From Blastocatellia bacterium (GTDB taxonomy: Bacteria; Acidobacteriota; Blastocatellia; RBC074), in the NCBI GenBank assembly GCA_031409955.1, contig JANNYF010000012.1:25927-89926 (forward strand): a stretch of 64,000 nucleotides of DNA, written 5' to 3'. The position numbers and the translations under genes are program-made. Of the stretch, positions 48,974 through 59,501 are shown one piece after another. Position 1 is the first letter of the stretch; every line of letters begins with the position of its first letter. The notes below the pieces were generated by a model that saw only the letters and a list, made by a program, of their open reading frames with translations, did no database searches and was not told the origin of the DNA.

Positions 48974-51028
48974 TTACTGCAACGAGATCGTGATCGTGTT
49001 CCCTTGTTTGATAGTTCCTTCACCGTCACGCAATTTGACTTTGACTTCGGCAGCAGGATTTGCCAGCGCCGCATCCGGGATGAGGACATTGATTTGATCG
49101 AGTCCGGCAAACCCCGGAGCCACGCCGGCATAATGCACTTCGGCTTTGACGCCGCCAATCGTGATTTCCACGCGCTCGGCGACACCATTGGCAGCATTGC
49201 CGTCTTCGTCTTTCGCGCCGCGCAAGCCCGTGCCGAACAACACCAGAAATAGTTTGTCGCCATTGCGCCGTTCAATCGTTGCGGGTACGAGTTTGTTTTG
49301 CGTGGTATCCAGGCGTGCGACCGATTCACTGCTTTGCTCACCGTTGGCTTTGACGCGGGTCACATAGCCTGCCGGAGCGCCTTGCCCATCAGAATTGGCG
49401 GCAAAGAAGGCCAGCTTGGATTCCGTCACCAGAATCGTGCCTTGCGAGACGACTACGCCCCCGCGCATGATCGCCACATTCGCCAAGCCGAGCGGTGTGC
49501 TGGCAGGGATTTGATAGTTGATCTGATGGGGCGAGACGAAGAACAAACGTGCCTGTTTGCCATCCACCAGCACTGTCACATCGCTGAGCGTTTGCGGCAA
49601 AGGTAATGTACTTGCTGCCGCGACGCCTGCCGCTAGGTTAGAGCCAAACGCCGACACGATGGATTCCGGCGCACTTTCTTCTGCATAGTCTGCTGCCTCG
49701 ACCGTCGCGACCGGGTTATAGCTCATAAACGCACCGCCACCTGCGCCCTGTTTGACTTCAATTTCTCTGGCATTCAGCGAGCCATCTGCTTGTGCCAGTC
49801 CTTCGGCTTCGACATACGCGCCGACTGCGACTGTGCCATATTTGCGTTTGATGCGCGTGTAGAGTGTGACATTGACCTTGCGTCCGGCTACCGTCCATTG
49901 CCCAATAAAATTGGGGTCATTGGGCAAGCTGTCAATTTTTCCGTAGACCTTGTTGTTGCTGCCGGGGTTGCCGGAACTCGTGCCACTCTTGATTTCGATT
50001 TTGGTGGCATTGATGGAATTGTCGGCTTGCACCGGCCCTTTGACTTCCACCAAAGAACCTACGATCAGACCACGCTCAGGATGCTCGATGTAAGTTCCAG
50101 TTGTGACATTGACTTTGCGTCCGCTCACCGTCCATTGCCCAATGTTGCCAGCCGTTCCGGGTAAGCTTTCAACTGTGCCATAAAATTCGTTGTAGCTCCC
50201 TCTGCTGTCCGAAGAACTGCCACCGCCTGATGAGCCTGCGGCGTTTTTGGTTTCGATTTTGGTCGCATCAATTGAGCCATCGGCGCGCAACGTCCCGTAA
50301 ATTTCGACGTAGACGCCCACGGCCACCGCAGCATATTGCTGCACAATTACGGTAGCGGCTGACACATTCACCTGACGACCACCAATGCTCCACACCCCAA
50401 TGCGTCCGGCAGTGCTGGGTAAAGTCTCGATATAGCCTTTGAAGAGATCATTGCTGCTGCTGCCGCCACTGCTGCCTCCTTGTTTGGTTTCGACCTTGAA
50501 GGCGTCAATGGAACCGTCCGTACGGACATTGCCTTCCACCTCGACGTAAGCCCCCACTGCGAGTGATCCGTGTTCTAACTTGATGTAAGTCGTCGGCGAG
50601 ACATGCACGATGCGCCGGTTGACCGTCCAATCGCCGATGCGATTCGCCGTGTTGGGCAGCGTCTCGACATTGCCGTAGAGTTTGAAATACGTGCCGCCGC
50701 CGGTGCCGGATTTGGTTTCGATTTCTTTGGCATTGACAGAACCATCTGCTTGTAGCCAGCCTTCAATTTCTACGGTTGCACCGAGCGCGATCAGCCCTTT
50801 TTCCTGTTTGACTTTGGTGCTGGCGAGCACATGCACCGTGCGTCCATTCACGACCCAATCGCCGCTCCAGCCGGATGCGCCCGGTAGGCTCTGAATCGTG
50901 CCGTACAGTTTGTAATCACCATCATCATCGGCGCGTGCTGCCTGAAAGGGGATGAGGCAAACCATCATCGCCAGCCCCAGTAAGATCATTTTCGTCCATT
51001 GTTTCCGGCCATTTGTTACAGGTTGCAT
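48974..51028 (-). CDS. Secreted protein with five tandem DUF5666-like repeats and a TIGR03437-type (Solibacter-type) C-terminal domain
   Basis: RBS gaggag. Five units of roughly 85 aa with pattern YG.I.SLP......G.W.V.GR.V.V...T.I......GA.VE.EG....DGS..A..IE.K separated by Gly/Ser linkers. C-terminus ...EVHYAGVAPGFAGLDQINVLIPDA... matches the TIGR03437 signature. Confidence 0.75.
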   Translation of the reverse strand: MQPVTNGRKQWTKMILLGLAMMVCLIPFQAARADDDGDYKLYGTIQSLPGASGWSGDWVVNGRTVHVLASTKVKQEKGLIALGATVEIEGWLQADGSVNAKEIETKSGTGGGTYFKLYGNVETLPNTANRIGDWTVNRRIVHVSPTTYIKLEHGSLAVGAYVEVEGNVRTDGSIDAFKVETKQGGSSGGSSSNDLFKGYIETLPSTAGRIGVWSIGGRQVNVSAATVIVQQYAAVAVGVYVEIYGTLRADGSIDATKIETKNAAGSSGGGSSSDSRGSYNEFYGTVESLPGTAGNIGQWTVSGRKVNVTTGTYIEHPERGLIVGSLVEVKGPVQADNSINATKIEIKSGTSSGNPGSNNKVYGKIDSLPNDPNFIGQWTVAGRKVNVTLYTRIKRKYGTVAVGAYVEAEGLAQADGSLNAREIEVKQGAGGGAFMSYNPVATVEAADYAEESAPESIVSAFGSNLAAGVAAASTLPLPQTLSDVTVLVDGKQARLFFVSPHQINYQIPASTPLGLANVAIMRGGVVVSQGTILVTESKLAFFAANSDGQGAPAGYVTRVKANGEQSSESVARLDTTQNKLVPATIERRNGDKLFLVLFGTGLRGAKDEDGNAANGVAERVEITIGGVKAEVHYAGVAPGFAGLDQINVLIPDAALANPAAEVKVKLRDGEGTIKQGNTITISLQ

Positions 51029-51411
51029 ATCATTAACTCCTCGTTTATGAAAAATAATTTCAGGGGATTGAGAGGAAGCCTGTCGGTCTCGGCAGTCTCC
51101 TCTCGCAGTGCCGCTGCATCTGTGAACGGCACTACTCTCTTGGGCAAACCTGATGCCAGAGGTGATGATTCGCTAAGCTCTTGATTTATAAGGTGGTGCC
51201 GTGACCAAAGGAGTGACAGGCCAGTGAGAACTGCGACTCTGTGCCGCGTCTTGGCGGAGAGTGGTGCGGCAATTTGCCGCCGTTCCTTCTACTGGCGATT
51301 CAAGGCAAATTTTACGAAAAATTGAGATGGGGTTCCTGTCAATCTAACCTGCCGAATGGTATAGTCTGCCTCTCTCAAACGACTAACAACCAACCAGCAG
51401 GAGCAACCCAA

Positions 51412-54018
51412 ATGCGGCACGTCAATCAACTCATCGCAGTTCTTCTCGTCTTCTCGTTAACCCTTCCAATTACCGCCCAAAAGCCCGCGCGCGCCATCGA
51501 AACGCCCGGCCAAAAAGCGTCTGGGATGCTGTTGCCCAACGGCTGGACGCTGACGCCGGAAGGCAAACAAATCCCGATCAGCGATTTGCCGATGAATATG
51601 GAATTGAGCGCGGATGGGCGCTATTTGCTGGTCACGACGAATGGTAACGGTGTGCAGGAAGTGGACGTCATTGATGTGCAGACGCAGCAACTGTTGCAGC
51701 AAATCGAAGTCAAAAAATCCTGGCTCGGTCTGGCGTTCGCACCCGATGGCAAACGCTTTTTTGTGTCGGGTGGAGATGACAACGAAGTGCTGATCTTCAA
51801 CTTTGCGGCAGGCAAGGCAACGGCGGCGGGCAAGATCAATCTGGGCAGCAACGAATTTCACGCGATGGACAATCGCCAACGTGCCGCTGCTCGCAATGCA
51901 GGCAAGGGCGAATTCGCGTTTCCCGCTGGCATCGCCGCGACACCGGATGGCAAACGGTTGTTTGTCGCGGAAAACCTCTCGCACAAAGTTGCCGTCGTTG
52001 ATCTGGCAACCAATCAAGTCCTTACGAAAATTGCGGTCGGCGAATACCCTTACGATGTCACGATTGCGCGCGATGGCAAGCGTGTCTATGTCAGCAATTG
52101 GGGCGCACGCAGTGTGGCGGTGATTGATCCGAACACCAATCAAGTCCTCGGCAACATTGCCACGGGCGATCATCCGAATGATTTGGAATTGACGCGCAAT
52201 GGCAAACTGCTCTACGTCGCCAACGCGAACAGCAATTCAGTTTCTGTGTTGGACACCGCACAGATGAAAGAGCTGGAAGCGATCAATACCGCGCTGCATC
52301 CGAAATCGCCCATCGGCAGCACGCCCAACGCCGTCGCGCTTTCGCCCGATGAAAAGACGCTCTACATCGCCAACGCCGACAACAACAACGTCACCATCGT
52401 AGATGTCAGTAAGCGCAGCGCGAGCAAGGTCAAAGGCTTCATTCCGACGGGTTGGTATCCGACTTCTGTGCGCGTCAGTAAAACGACCAAACAGATTTTT
52501 GTCGCCAATGGCAAAGGCACAGCATCGGCGGCGAATCCGAAAGGGCCGCAACCGTTACCCGGTCAGTCGCGCGCCGAAAACAAAGAGGTGCAATACATCG
52601 GTAGCTTGCTCAAAGGCACTGTTTCGCTGATTGATCTGCCAGGCAATACGAAGCTCGCGCAACTGACCAAACAAACGTACGCAAATTCGCCGTACACCGA
52701 CGAATTGCTCAAGCAAGCGCGTGCGCCCAAAGCCGGGACAGCGATTCCGACCAATGTTGGCGGGGCTTCGCCGCTCAAACACGTCATTTATATCATCAAG
52801 GAAAATCGCACCTACGATCAAGTTCTCGGCGATATGCCCGAAGGCAATGGTGATCCGAATCTGTGTTTGTTCCCCGAAGAAATCACGCCCAATCAACACG
52901 CGTTGGCGCGCGAATTCGTGTTGCTCGATAACTTTTATGTGGATGCCGAAGTCTCTGCGGACGGACACAATTGGTCAACCGCAGCTTATGCGACGGACTA
53001 CGTTGAGAAAACCTGGCCGACGAATTATTCGGCGCGCGGTCGCACTTACGATTACGAAGGCAGCAAGAAGGTCTCGCGTCCGACCAAAGGTTACATCTGG
53101 GATTATTGCAAAGCGGCAGGCGTGAGTTATCGCAGCTACGGCGAATTCATCGGCGTGCGCGATGTCAAAATCGGTGGCGGCAGCGGCAATGAAGCGCCCA
53201 CGGCGGCGGCGGTGCGCGCGCAGCGTGAAAATTATACCAGTGAAGAAGCCCTGCTCGGTCATTTCAGCCCGAACTATCCGTCGTACAATTTGGGGATTAC
53301 CGACAACACCCGCGTAGATCGCTGGCTGGAAGAGTTTCGGGCCTACGAACAGAACAACCAACTGCCGCAATTTCAAATCGTGCGCCTGGGCAACAACCAC
53401 ACCGAAGGCACTACGCCCGGCAAGAAAACCCCGCGCGCCCACGTCGCCGACAACGACCTCGCCGTCGGGCGTTTGGTTGAGGCCGTGAGTGCCAGTAAAT
53501 ACTGGGCGACGACCGCCATCTTCATCATCGAAGACGATGCCCAGAACGGCCCCGATCACGTAGACGCGCACCGCTCGCCCGCCTTTGTCATCAGCCCATA
53601 CACGAAACGCAAATTCGTAGATTCGACGATGTATACCGGTTCCAGCATGTTGCGCACAATGGAGTTGGTTTTAGGTTTGCCGCCGATGAGTCAATACGAT
53701 GCCGCCGCGATTCCCATGTTCAATTCGTTCACGAACACGGCTGATTTGACGGCCTACAAAAAGCGCGACGCGCGTGTTGACCTCAATGAAATCAATGCTC
53801 CGAACGCGCCCGGCGCACAGAAATCTGCGAGCTGGGATTTCAGCAAAGAAGACACGCTCCCCGACATTGAATTCAACGAAGTGATTTGGAAATCAGTGAA
53901 AGGCGCAAACTCTGCGATGCCCGCGCCCGTGCGCAGCGCGTTTGTGCGCGTGATTGATGATGATGACGAAGAAGAGGAAGAAGCACGACGCGAGAAAAAA
54001 GCGCGCCGCCGCAAGTAA
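51412..54018 (+). CDS. Secreted fusion: YVTN/lactonase-like 7-bladed beta-propeller plus phosphoesterase family domain (phospholipase C / acid phosphatase AcpA family)
   Basis: RBS caggagc. Signal peptide. Repeated ...DGKRLFV..N....V.VID... propeller blades. C-terminal HVIYIIKENRTYDQVLGD phosphoesterase signature. Acidic/basic tail (EEEEEARREKKARRRK). Confidence 0.8.
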   Translation: MRHVNQLIAVLLVFSLTLPITAQKPARAIETPGQKASGMLLPNGWTLTPEGKQIPISDLPMNMELSADGRYLLVTTNGNGVQEVDVIDVQTQQLLQQIEVKKSWLGLAFAPDGKRFFVSGGDDNEVLIFNFAAGKATAAGKINLGSNEFHAMDNRQRAAARNAGKGEFAFPAGIAATPDGKRLFVAENLSHKVAVVDLATNQVLTKIAVGEYPYDVTIARDGKRVYVSNWGARSVAVIDPNTNQVLGNIATGDHPNDLELTRNGKLLYVANANSNSVSVLDTAQMKELEAINTALHPKSPIGSTPNAVALSPDEKTLYIANADNNNVTIVDVSKRSASKVKGFIPTGWYPTSVRVSKTTKQIFVANGKGTASAANPKGPQPLPGQSRAENKEVQYIGSLLKGTVSLIDLPGNTKLAQLTKQTYANSPYTDELLKQARAPKAGTAIPTNVGGASPLKHVIYIIKENRTYDQVLGDMPEGNGDPNLCLFPEEITPNQHALAREFVLLDNFYVDAEVSADGHNWSTAAYATDYVEKTWPTNYSARGRTYDYEGSKKVSRPTKGYIWDYCKAAGVSYRSYGEFIGVRDVKIGGGSGNEAPTAAAVRAQRENYTSEEALLGHFSPNYPSYNLGITDNTRVDRWLEEFRAYEQNNQLPQFQIVRLGNNHTEGTTPGKKTPRAHVADNDLAVGRLVEAVSASKYWATTAIFIIEDDAQNGPDHVDAHRSPAFVISPYTKRKFVDSTMYTGSSMLRTMELVLGLPPMSQYDAAAIPMFNSFTNTADLTAYKKRDARVDLNEINAPNAPGAQKSASWDFSKEDTLPDIEFNEVIWKSVKGANSAMPAPVRSAFVRVIDDDDEEEEEARREKKARRRK

Positions 54019-54475
54019 GGAACATGTAAAAAATAACTTGTCACAACGGACAGGCGACTGGAGCAGGCGACTGGAGCGCAAGCGTCCCGCATGCCGAGCG
54101 CGCCCGAGCGTCGCTCGCCTACGTGCTGAGGGAATCTCTTCAACTTCGGCAGATTCCCTCACCAAATGATCTGCTTCGCTATCGCTTGCAAATGGCAAGC
54201 GGGGACGCCCCGCGCTCCAGTCTGACAAGCCATTTTCTTACCTCCCGATCCCACCGACAGCGACTGAACCTCGAATCCGTTTTTGGGACGACTGCTTCCC
54301 GAAAGCGGACACTGTTGATGGCTCACACCTGAGCGATCAACCCGCGCCAATTTGCCACGAGGCTCTATTGACACACCGTTGCGCGAAGCTCGCCAACCCC
54401 TACCCCATCCATTCATGACTGGCACGCTGTTTGATTTACCTCACTAGAAACATCACAAGGAGTGTCATCAATTTT

Positions 54476-56878
54476 ATGTGGAAAGACTTCAAATATGCCG
54501 TGCGAATGTTGCGCACGAAACCGACCTTCACCCTAACCGCTGTGTTGTCGCTGGCGCTCGGCATCGGCGCTTGCACCGCGATTTTCAGCATCGTGGATGC
54601 TGTGTTGCTGCGTGCGCTGCCGTACCCGGAGGCGGAGCGCATCATGCAAATCCGCGAAGTTAACGAGAAAGGCATTCGCATTCCCGTCGCTGAGCCGAAC
54701 TATCAGGACGTGCGCACGCGCCAGCAGAGCCTCGCCGCCATCGCGCAATTTGCTGGCGGCGGAGTCGTCGTCACGGGGGGCAAGGAACCCGTGCGTTCCC
54801 GCGCGTTTTGGGTCAGTGGCGATTTCTTTTCAGTGTTTGGAACCAAGCCAGTCATGGGGCGCGGCTTTCTGCCGGAAGAATCGAAGTCGGGCGCGGGCGC
54901 TTATGTCGCCGTCGTCAGCCACGGATTCTGGCAACGCGTGCTGGGCGGCAAGCCTGATTTCAGCGGCATGAAAATTAATGTGGACGGCCCGGCGTTTACG
55001 GTGATTGGCGTGATGCCGCCCGGTTTCAGTTATCCGAAAGACGCCGACATCTGGGTGCCGCGTGAAGTCGAACCGCCGCAAGCTTCACGCACCGCACACA
55101 ATTGGTCAGTCGTGGCGCGAGTGCGACCGGATGTGACGCTGGAACAAGCGCGCGCCGACCTCAACAATATTGGCGCACAACTGCGCCAGGAACACGGCAA
55201 GGGCGTTGATTTGACGGGGCTGGCAATGATCCCGCTGCAAGAATATCTGACCGACAATGTGCGCAGCGGCTTGCAATTGCTGCTCGCGGCGGTCGCCTTA
55301 TTGCTACTGGTCGCGTGCGCGAACGTCGCCAATATGATTCTGGCAGATGCAACGACCCGCACTTCGGAATTCGCTGTGCGTGCGGCAATGGGCGCGACGC
55401 CGTGGCGGATGATGCGACAATTCATCACCGAAAACTTGTTGCTGACGCTGCTCGCCGGAGCGATGGGAATACTGCTTTCCTTTTGGGGCTTGGATGTTTT
55501 GTTGAGTCTCAATGCCGACAATTTGCCGCGTGTGGACGAGATCGCCATCAATGGACGTGCGCTGAGCTTCACGCTGGGTCTGGCGTTTGCTGTTGCCATC
55601 GTTCTGGGCATCGTTCCGGTGGCGCGGCTTGTCTATGCTGATTTGCACACCAGCCTGAAAGAAGCGGGGCGCAGCGTGGCTTCGGGTGGGTTCAGCCAAC
55701 GCATGCGTCATGCCTTGGTTGTGGCGCAAATCGCGTTGACGCTTGTGCTGTTAATTGGCGCAGGGTTGATCGGGCGCACCTTCCTGAAGCTGATGCAAAC
55801 TGATCCGGGCTTCAAGCCGGAAAGTGCGGTCGTGATGACACTCACGTCGCCGACTACGTTGACGAAAGAGCAGGAACAGCGTTTACAGCAACAGAACGAA
55901 GCTTTGCTGGAAACCCTCACGCAACTGCCCGGCGCGCTTGCTGTCGGTAGTATGAGCGCCTTGCCGCTGACGGGGCGCGGGGGCAATGGCACATTCCTGA
56001 AAGACAACAACCAAGCCACAACAGGGCAGGCGGAATATCGTTTGGCGAGCGGCGGCTATTTTTCAGCGATGGGCATTCCGTTATTGCGCGGTCGTTTCTT
56101 TGCGTCGAGCGATACCGGCGCTGTGCCTGATGCAGCGGTCATCAGTCAATCGCTGGCGCAAAAATACTGGCCGAACGAAGACCCCATCGGACACACCATT
56201 CAATTCGGCAATATGGATGGCGACAAAGATTTGTTGCACATCGTCGGCATTGTGGGAGATGTCCGCGACGATGGTTTGGATCAGCCCGCGCAACCGACCG
56301 TGTACGCGCACGCGCTGCAACGTCCGCAATGGTGGCAGGTCTCGAACCAATCGTATGTTGTGCGTGCGCAAACCGATCCACAAGCCTTGATCGCCACGCT
56401 GCGCAGTACAACGCAAGCACTCAACCCGGATGCACTGCTGCGCTTTCAAACGCTGGACGCCGTCGTGTCCGAATCGCTCAACACGCGCCGCTTCAGTCTG
56501 GTGCTCTTCGGCGTTTTTGCTGCCGTAGCATTGCTGCTGGCGGCTACAGGCGTCTACGGTGTGATGAGCTACAGCGTGACACAGCGCACGCACGAAATTG
56601 GCGTGCGGCTGGCACTGGGGGCGCAGGGGCGTGATGTTTTGCGACTGGTCATTTGGCAGGGAATGAAATGGGCGCTGATCGGCGTCGTGCTGGGGATCGG
56701 CGGAGCCTTCGCTGCCACGCGTTTGATGGCGACGATGGTCCATGGCGTGACGACAACTGACCCGTGGACATTCACCGGAGCGGCGATTTTATTGGCTGCG
56801 GTGGCACTGCTGGCTTGTTACCTTCCGGCGCGGCGGGCAACGAAAGTTGATCCCATGATGGCGCTACGTTGTGAGTAG
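54476..56878 (+). CDS. ADOP-family (acidobacterial duplicated orphan permease) FtsX/MacB-like ABC permease
   Basis: RBS aaggag. [33 protein letters not shown]-terminus. Two FtsX-type 4-TM modules, each preceded by a periplasmic MacB_PCD-like domain. C-terminal [15 protein letters not shown]. Confidence 0.85.
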   Translation: MWKDFKYAVRMLRTKPTFTLTAVLSLALGIGACTAIFSIVDAVLLRALPYPEAERIMQIREVNEKGIRIPVAEPNYQDVRTRQQSLAAIAQFAGGGVVVTGGKEPVRSRAFWVSGDFFSVFGTKPVMGRGFLPEESKSGAGAYVAVVSHGFWQRVLGGKPDFSGMKINVDGPAFTVIGVMPPGFSYPKDADIWVPREVEPPQASRTAHNWSVVARVRPDVTLEQARADLNNIGAQLRQEHGKGVDLTGLAMIPLQEYLTDNVRSGLQLLLAAVALLLLVACANVANMILADATTRTSEFAVRAAMGATPWRMMRQFITENLLLTLLAGAMGILLSFWGLDVLLSLNADNLPRVDEIAINGRALSFTLGLAFAVAIVLGIVPVARLVYADLHTSLKEAGRSVASGGFSQRMRHALVVAQIALTLVLLIGAGLIGRTFLKLMQTDPGFKPESAVVMTLTSPTTLTKEQEQRLQQQNEALLETLTQLPGALAVGSMSALPLTGRGGNGTFLKDNNQATTGQAEYRLASGGYFSAMGIPLLRGRFFASSDTGAVPDAAVISQSLAQKYWPNEDPIGHTIQFGNMDGDKDLLHIVGIVGDVRDDGLDQPAQPTVYAHALQRPQWWQVSNQSYVVRAQTDPQALIATLRSTTQALNPDALLRFQTLDAVVSESLNTRRFSLVLFGVFAAVALLLAATGVYGVMSYSVTQRTHEIGVRLALGAQGRDVLRLVIWQGMKWALIGVVLGIGGAFAATRLMATMVHGVTTTDPWTFTGAAILLAAVALLACYLPARRATKVDPMMALRCE

Positions 56879-56879
56879 A

Positions 56880-56960
56880 CGGTGGTCGGTGGTTGGTGAT
56901 TGGTGGCTGGTCAGTCTTTTACCGACCGCTAACCACCGACCACCGACCACCATTTCAGGA
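56880..56960. repeat. Family C hairpin repeat (GGTCGGTGG units) between ADOP permease genes
   Basis: ggtggtcggtggttggtgattggtggctggtcag ... ctaaccaccgaccaccgaccacc. Same family as 15148-15246. Confidence 0.5.
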
Positions 56961-56966
56961 GAATCT

Positions 56967-59405
56967 ATGCAAACCCTCTTACAAGACCTGCGCTACGGCG
57001 TGCGAATGTTATGGAAGAACCCTGGTTTCACCTTGATTGTCGTCATGATCCTCGCGCTCGGTATCGGCGCGAATACGACGATTTTTAGCAATGTGGATGC
57101 GACGCTGCTCAGGCCTTTTTCATTTTCGAATCAGGAACGGCTGGTCGTGCTCTTTGAGCAAAAGCCGTCCATCGGCATCACGCAGGCAAAAATTTCGCCG
57201 GGCAATGTCATCGAGTGGCGCGCCCAGTCGCAAACCCTGCAAGAGGTCGTCGTGATGCGTAATCGCGAATACACGCTGATGAGCGATGGACCGGCGGAAC
57301 GCTACATGAGTTACGGTGTGTCAGCCGCATTCTTCGATGCGCTCGGCGTCAAGCCTTTACTGGGCCGTACCTTTCAGCCCGGCGAAGATGAAGCCGGGCG
57401 CGCGCAGGTTGCGGTGCTGCGGCACGCCTTCTGGCAAACACGCTTTGGCGGCGATCCGAATATTGTCGGTAAGCAACTCCTGCTTGATGATAAACCGTTC
57501 ATCGTAATCGGCGTGATGGCGAAGAATTTTGATTTTCCGTTTGGCGGGGGCGAGATGTGGACGCCGTTCGTCTTTGACCCGCAGATGAAGCAGGATCACA
57601 GTGGCCATTATCTGAGCGTGCTGGCGCTGCTCAAACCGGGCGTGACCGTGGCACAGGCCAATGCCGAACTCGATCAAATCTCGCAACGCATTGAGCAAAA
57701 GTATCCGAATGATGAAGCCGGACACAGCGCTTATGCGGTCGCTGTCAATGACGAGTACACGCGCGGAGCCAAAATGTATTTGCCGATCTCAATTGGCTCA
57801 GTGATCTTCGTGCTGCTGATTGCCTGCTCGAATGTCGCCAATCTGCTGCTGGTGCGCGCGTCGGCGCGGCAGAAAGAAATGGCCGTGCGGCTGGCGCTGG
57901 GCGCGACGCGCTGGCGGCTAATGCGCCAGTTGCTGACCGAGAGCGTGCTGCTCGCGCTTGCGGGGGGAACGCTGGGAATCTTGCTGGCGAACTGGGGCAT
58001 TGAAGCCGTGATCAGAGGCGTTCCCACCGCCCTGTCGAAATACATTCCCGGCTGGAACCATCTGGGACTCAGCTACCGCGTGCTGGGGTTCACCATCTTG
58101 ATCTCAGTTCTGACTGGCGTGATTTTTGGTTTAGTTCCTGCGCTGCAAGCGACCAGAACCAATCTGAATGAAACGCTCAAAGAGGGCGGCGGCAAAGGAG
58201 CATCGGACAAGGGGAGCAGAGGCGGGCCGTTCTCAATGCGCAATGTGTTGGTTGTGGCTGAGATTGCCTTGTCACTGGTTTTGTTGATTGGCGCAGGGTT
58301 GTTTGTGCGCAGCTTTATTCAGATGCTCCGCACGGATCTGGGCGTCAAAGCCGACAATGTCATGACAATGAATGTGGCGTTGCCGCGCGACAAATATCCT
58401 GACCCGCAACAGTACCGCAATTTCTTTGGGCAGTTGATCGAACGCAGCGCCGCCCTGCCCGGCGTTACAAATGTCGGGGCTGTCCACTCCTTACCGATGA
58501 GCGGTGGTAGCGATGTCAATAGATTTCAGATCGTTGGCCAACCTGCTTTTGAGAATGGCAAAGAGCCGCACACGGATTTTCGTATCGCCACACCGGATTA
58601 CTTCGCGGCCATTGGCACTGAGTTGCGCCAAGGCCGGTTATTCGCTGCGCAGGACGATGCGCAGGCACCCCGCGTGGTGTTGGCGAATGAAGCTTTTGTG
58701 GCGCGCTTTTTGAAAAGTGGGGATGCCATTGGCAAACGCATCACCATGGGCAGCGACAAAGAGAAGGCGATGGAAATCATCGGCGTCGTCACCAATGTGA
58801 TGAACGAGGATTTGGATAATCTGACAGAGCCGTGCGTCTATTTGCCCTTCGCGCAAAATCCGGTTGCCCGCCTGAGTCTGGTGATTCGAGCGCCAGGTAC
58901 ACATACCCAGCTTGTGCCCGCCGTGCGCCGTGAATTGACTGTGCTTGATCCGCGCTTGCCGTTGTCGGAAGTGAAAACGATGGAGCAGGTGATTGACGAA
59001 CGCCGCTCGCCGCTGAAGATGATGATGTGGATGTTGGTGATCTTTGGGCTGATGGCACTGGCAATGGCGGCGGTCGGAACGTATGCAGTGATGGCTTACG
59101 CTGTGGCGCAGCGCACCCACGAAATCGGCGTACGTGTCGCGCTCGGAGCGCAAACCAGTGACATTCTCAAACTGGTATTGCGGCGCGGTCTGTCGCTGGC
59201 CCTCGTCGGCATCGGCCTGGGATTGGCGGGAGCGTTCGCGTTGACACGGGCGTTAGCGCAACTGTTGTACGGCGTGACGGCAACCGACGCACTGACGTTT
59301 ACGAGCGTCACTCTGCTGCTCGCCGCCGTCGCGGTGCTGGCTTGTTGGATACCAGCACGACGAGCCACAAAAGTAGACCCGATGATTGCGCTTCGGTGTG
59401 AATGA
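56967..59405 (+). CDS. ADOP-family FtsX/MacB-like ABC permease (second tandem paralog)
   Basis: RBS caggagaa. [35 protein letters not shown]. Same duplicated architecture. C-terminal [15 protein letters not shown]. Confidence 0.85.
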   Translation: MQTLLQDLRYGVRMLWKNPGFTLIVVMILALGIGANTTIFSNVDATLLRPFSFSNQERLVVLFEQKPSIGITQAKISPGNVIEWRAQSQTLQEVVVMRNREYTLMSDGPAERYMSYGVSAAFFDALGVKPLLGRTFQPGEDEAGRAQVAVLRHAFWQTRFGGDPNIVGKQLLLDDKPFIVIGVMAKNFDFPFGGGEMWTPFVFDPQMKQDHSGHYLSVLALLKPGVTVAQANAELDQISQRIEQKYPNDEAGHSAYAVAVNDEYTRGAKMYLPISIGSVIFVLLIACSNVANLLLVRASARQKEMAVRLALGATRWRLMRQLLTESVLLALAGGTLGILLANWGIEAVIRGVPTALSKYIPGWNHLGLSYRVLGFTILISVLTGVIFGLVPALQATRTNLNETLKEGGGKGASDKGSRGGPFSMRNVLVVAEIALSLVLLIGAGLFVRSFIQMLRTDLGVKADNVMTMNVALPRDKYPDPQQYRNFFGQLIERSAALPGVTNVGAVHSLPMSGGSDVNRFQIVGQPAFENGKEPHTDFRIATPDYFAAIGTELRQGRLFAAQDDAQAPRVVLANEAFVARFLKSGDAIGKRITMGSDKEKAMEIIGVVTNVMNEDLDNLTEPCVYLPFAQNPVARLSLVIRAPGTHTQLVPAVRRELTVLDPRLPLSEVKTMEQVIDERRSPLKMMMWMLVIFGLMALAMAAVGTYAVMAYAVAQRTHEIGVRVALGAQTSDILKLVLRRGLSLALVGIGLGLAGAFALTRALAQLLYGVTATDALTFTSVTLLLAAVAVLACWIPARRATKVDPMIALRCE

Positions 59406-59501
59406 TGAACTCGGAACGAGGAAGGATGAAGGAAGGAACAAGGATCGCTTAGTGATTCATCGCTCATCAATCAGCCTTCCTCATTTTCTTTGGGAGAATC
59501 T

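Noticed and set aside
56081-56743. 220-aa minus ORF
   Set aside because: Shadow within the ADOP permease 1 gene. The same applies to 60323-61099 within ADOP permease 3.
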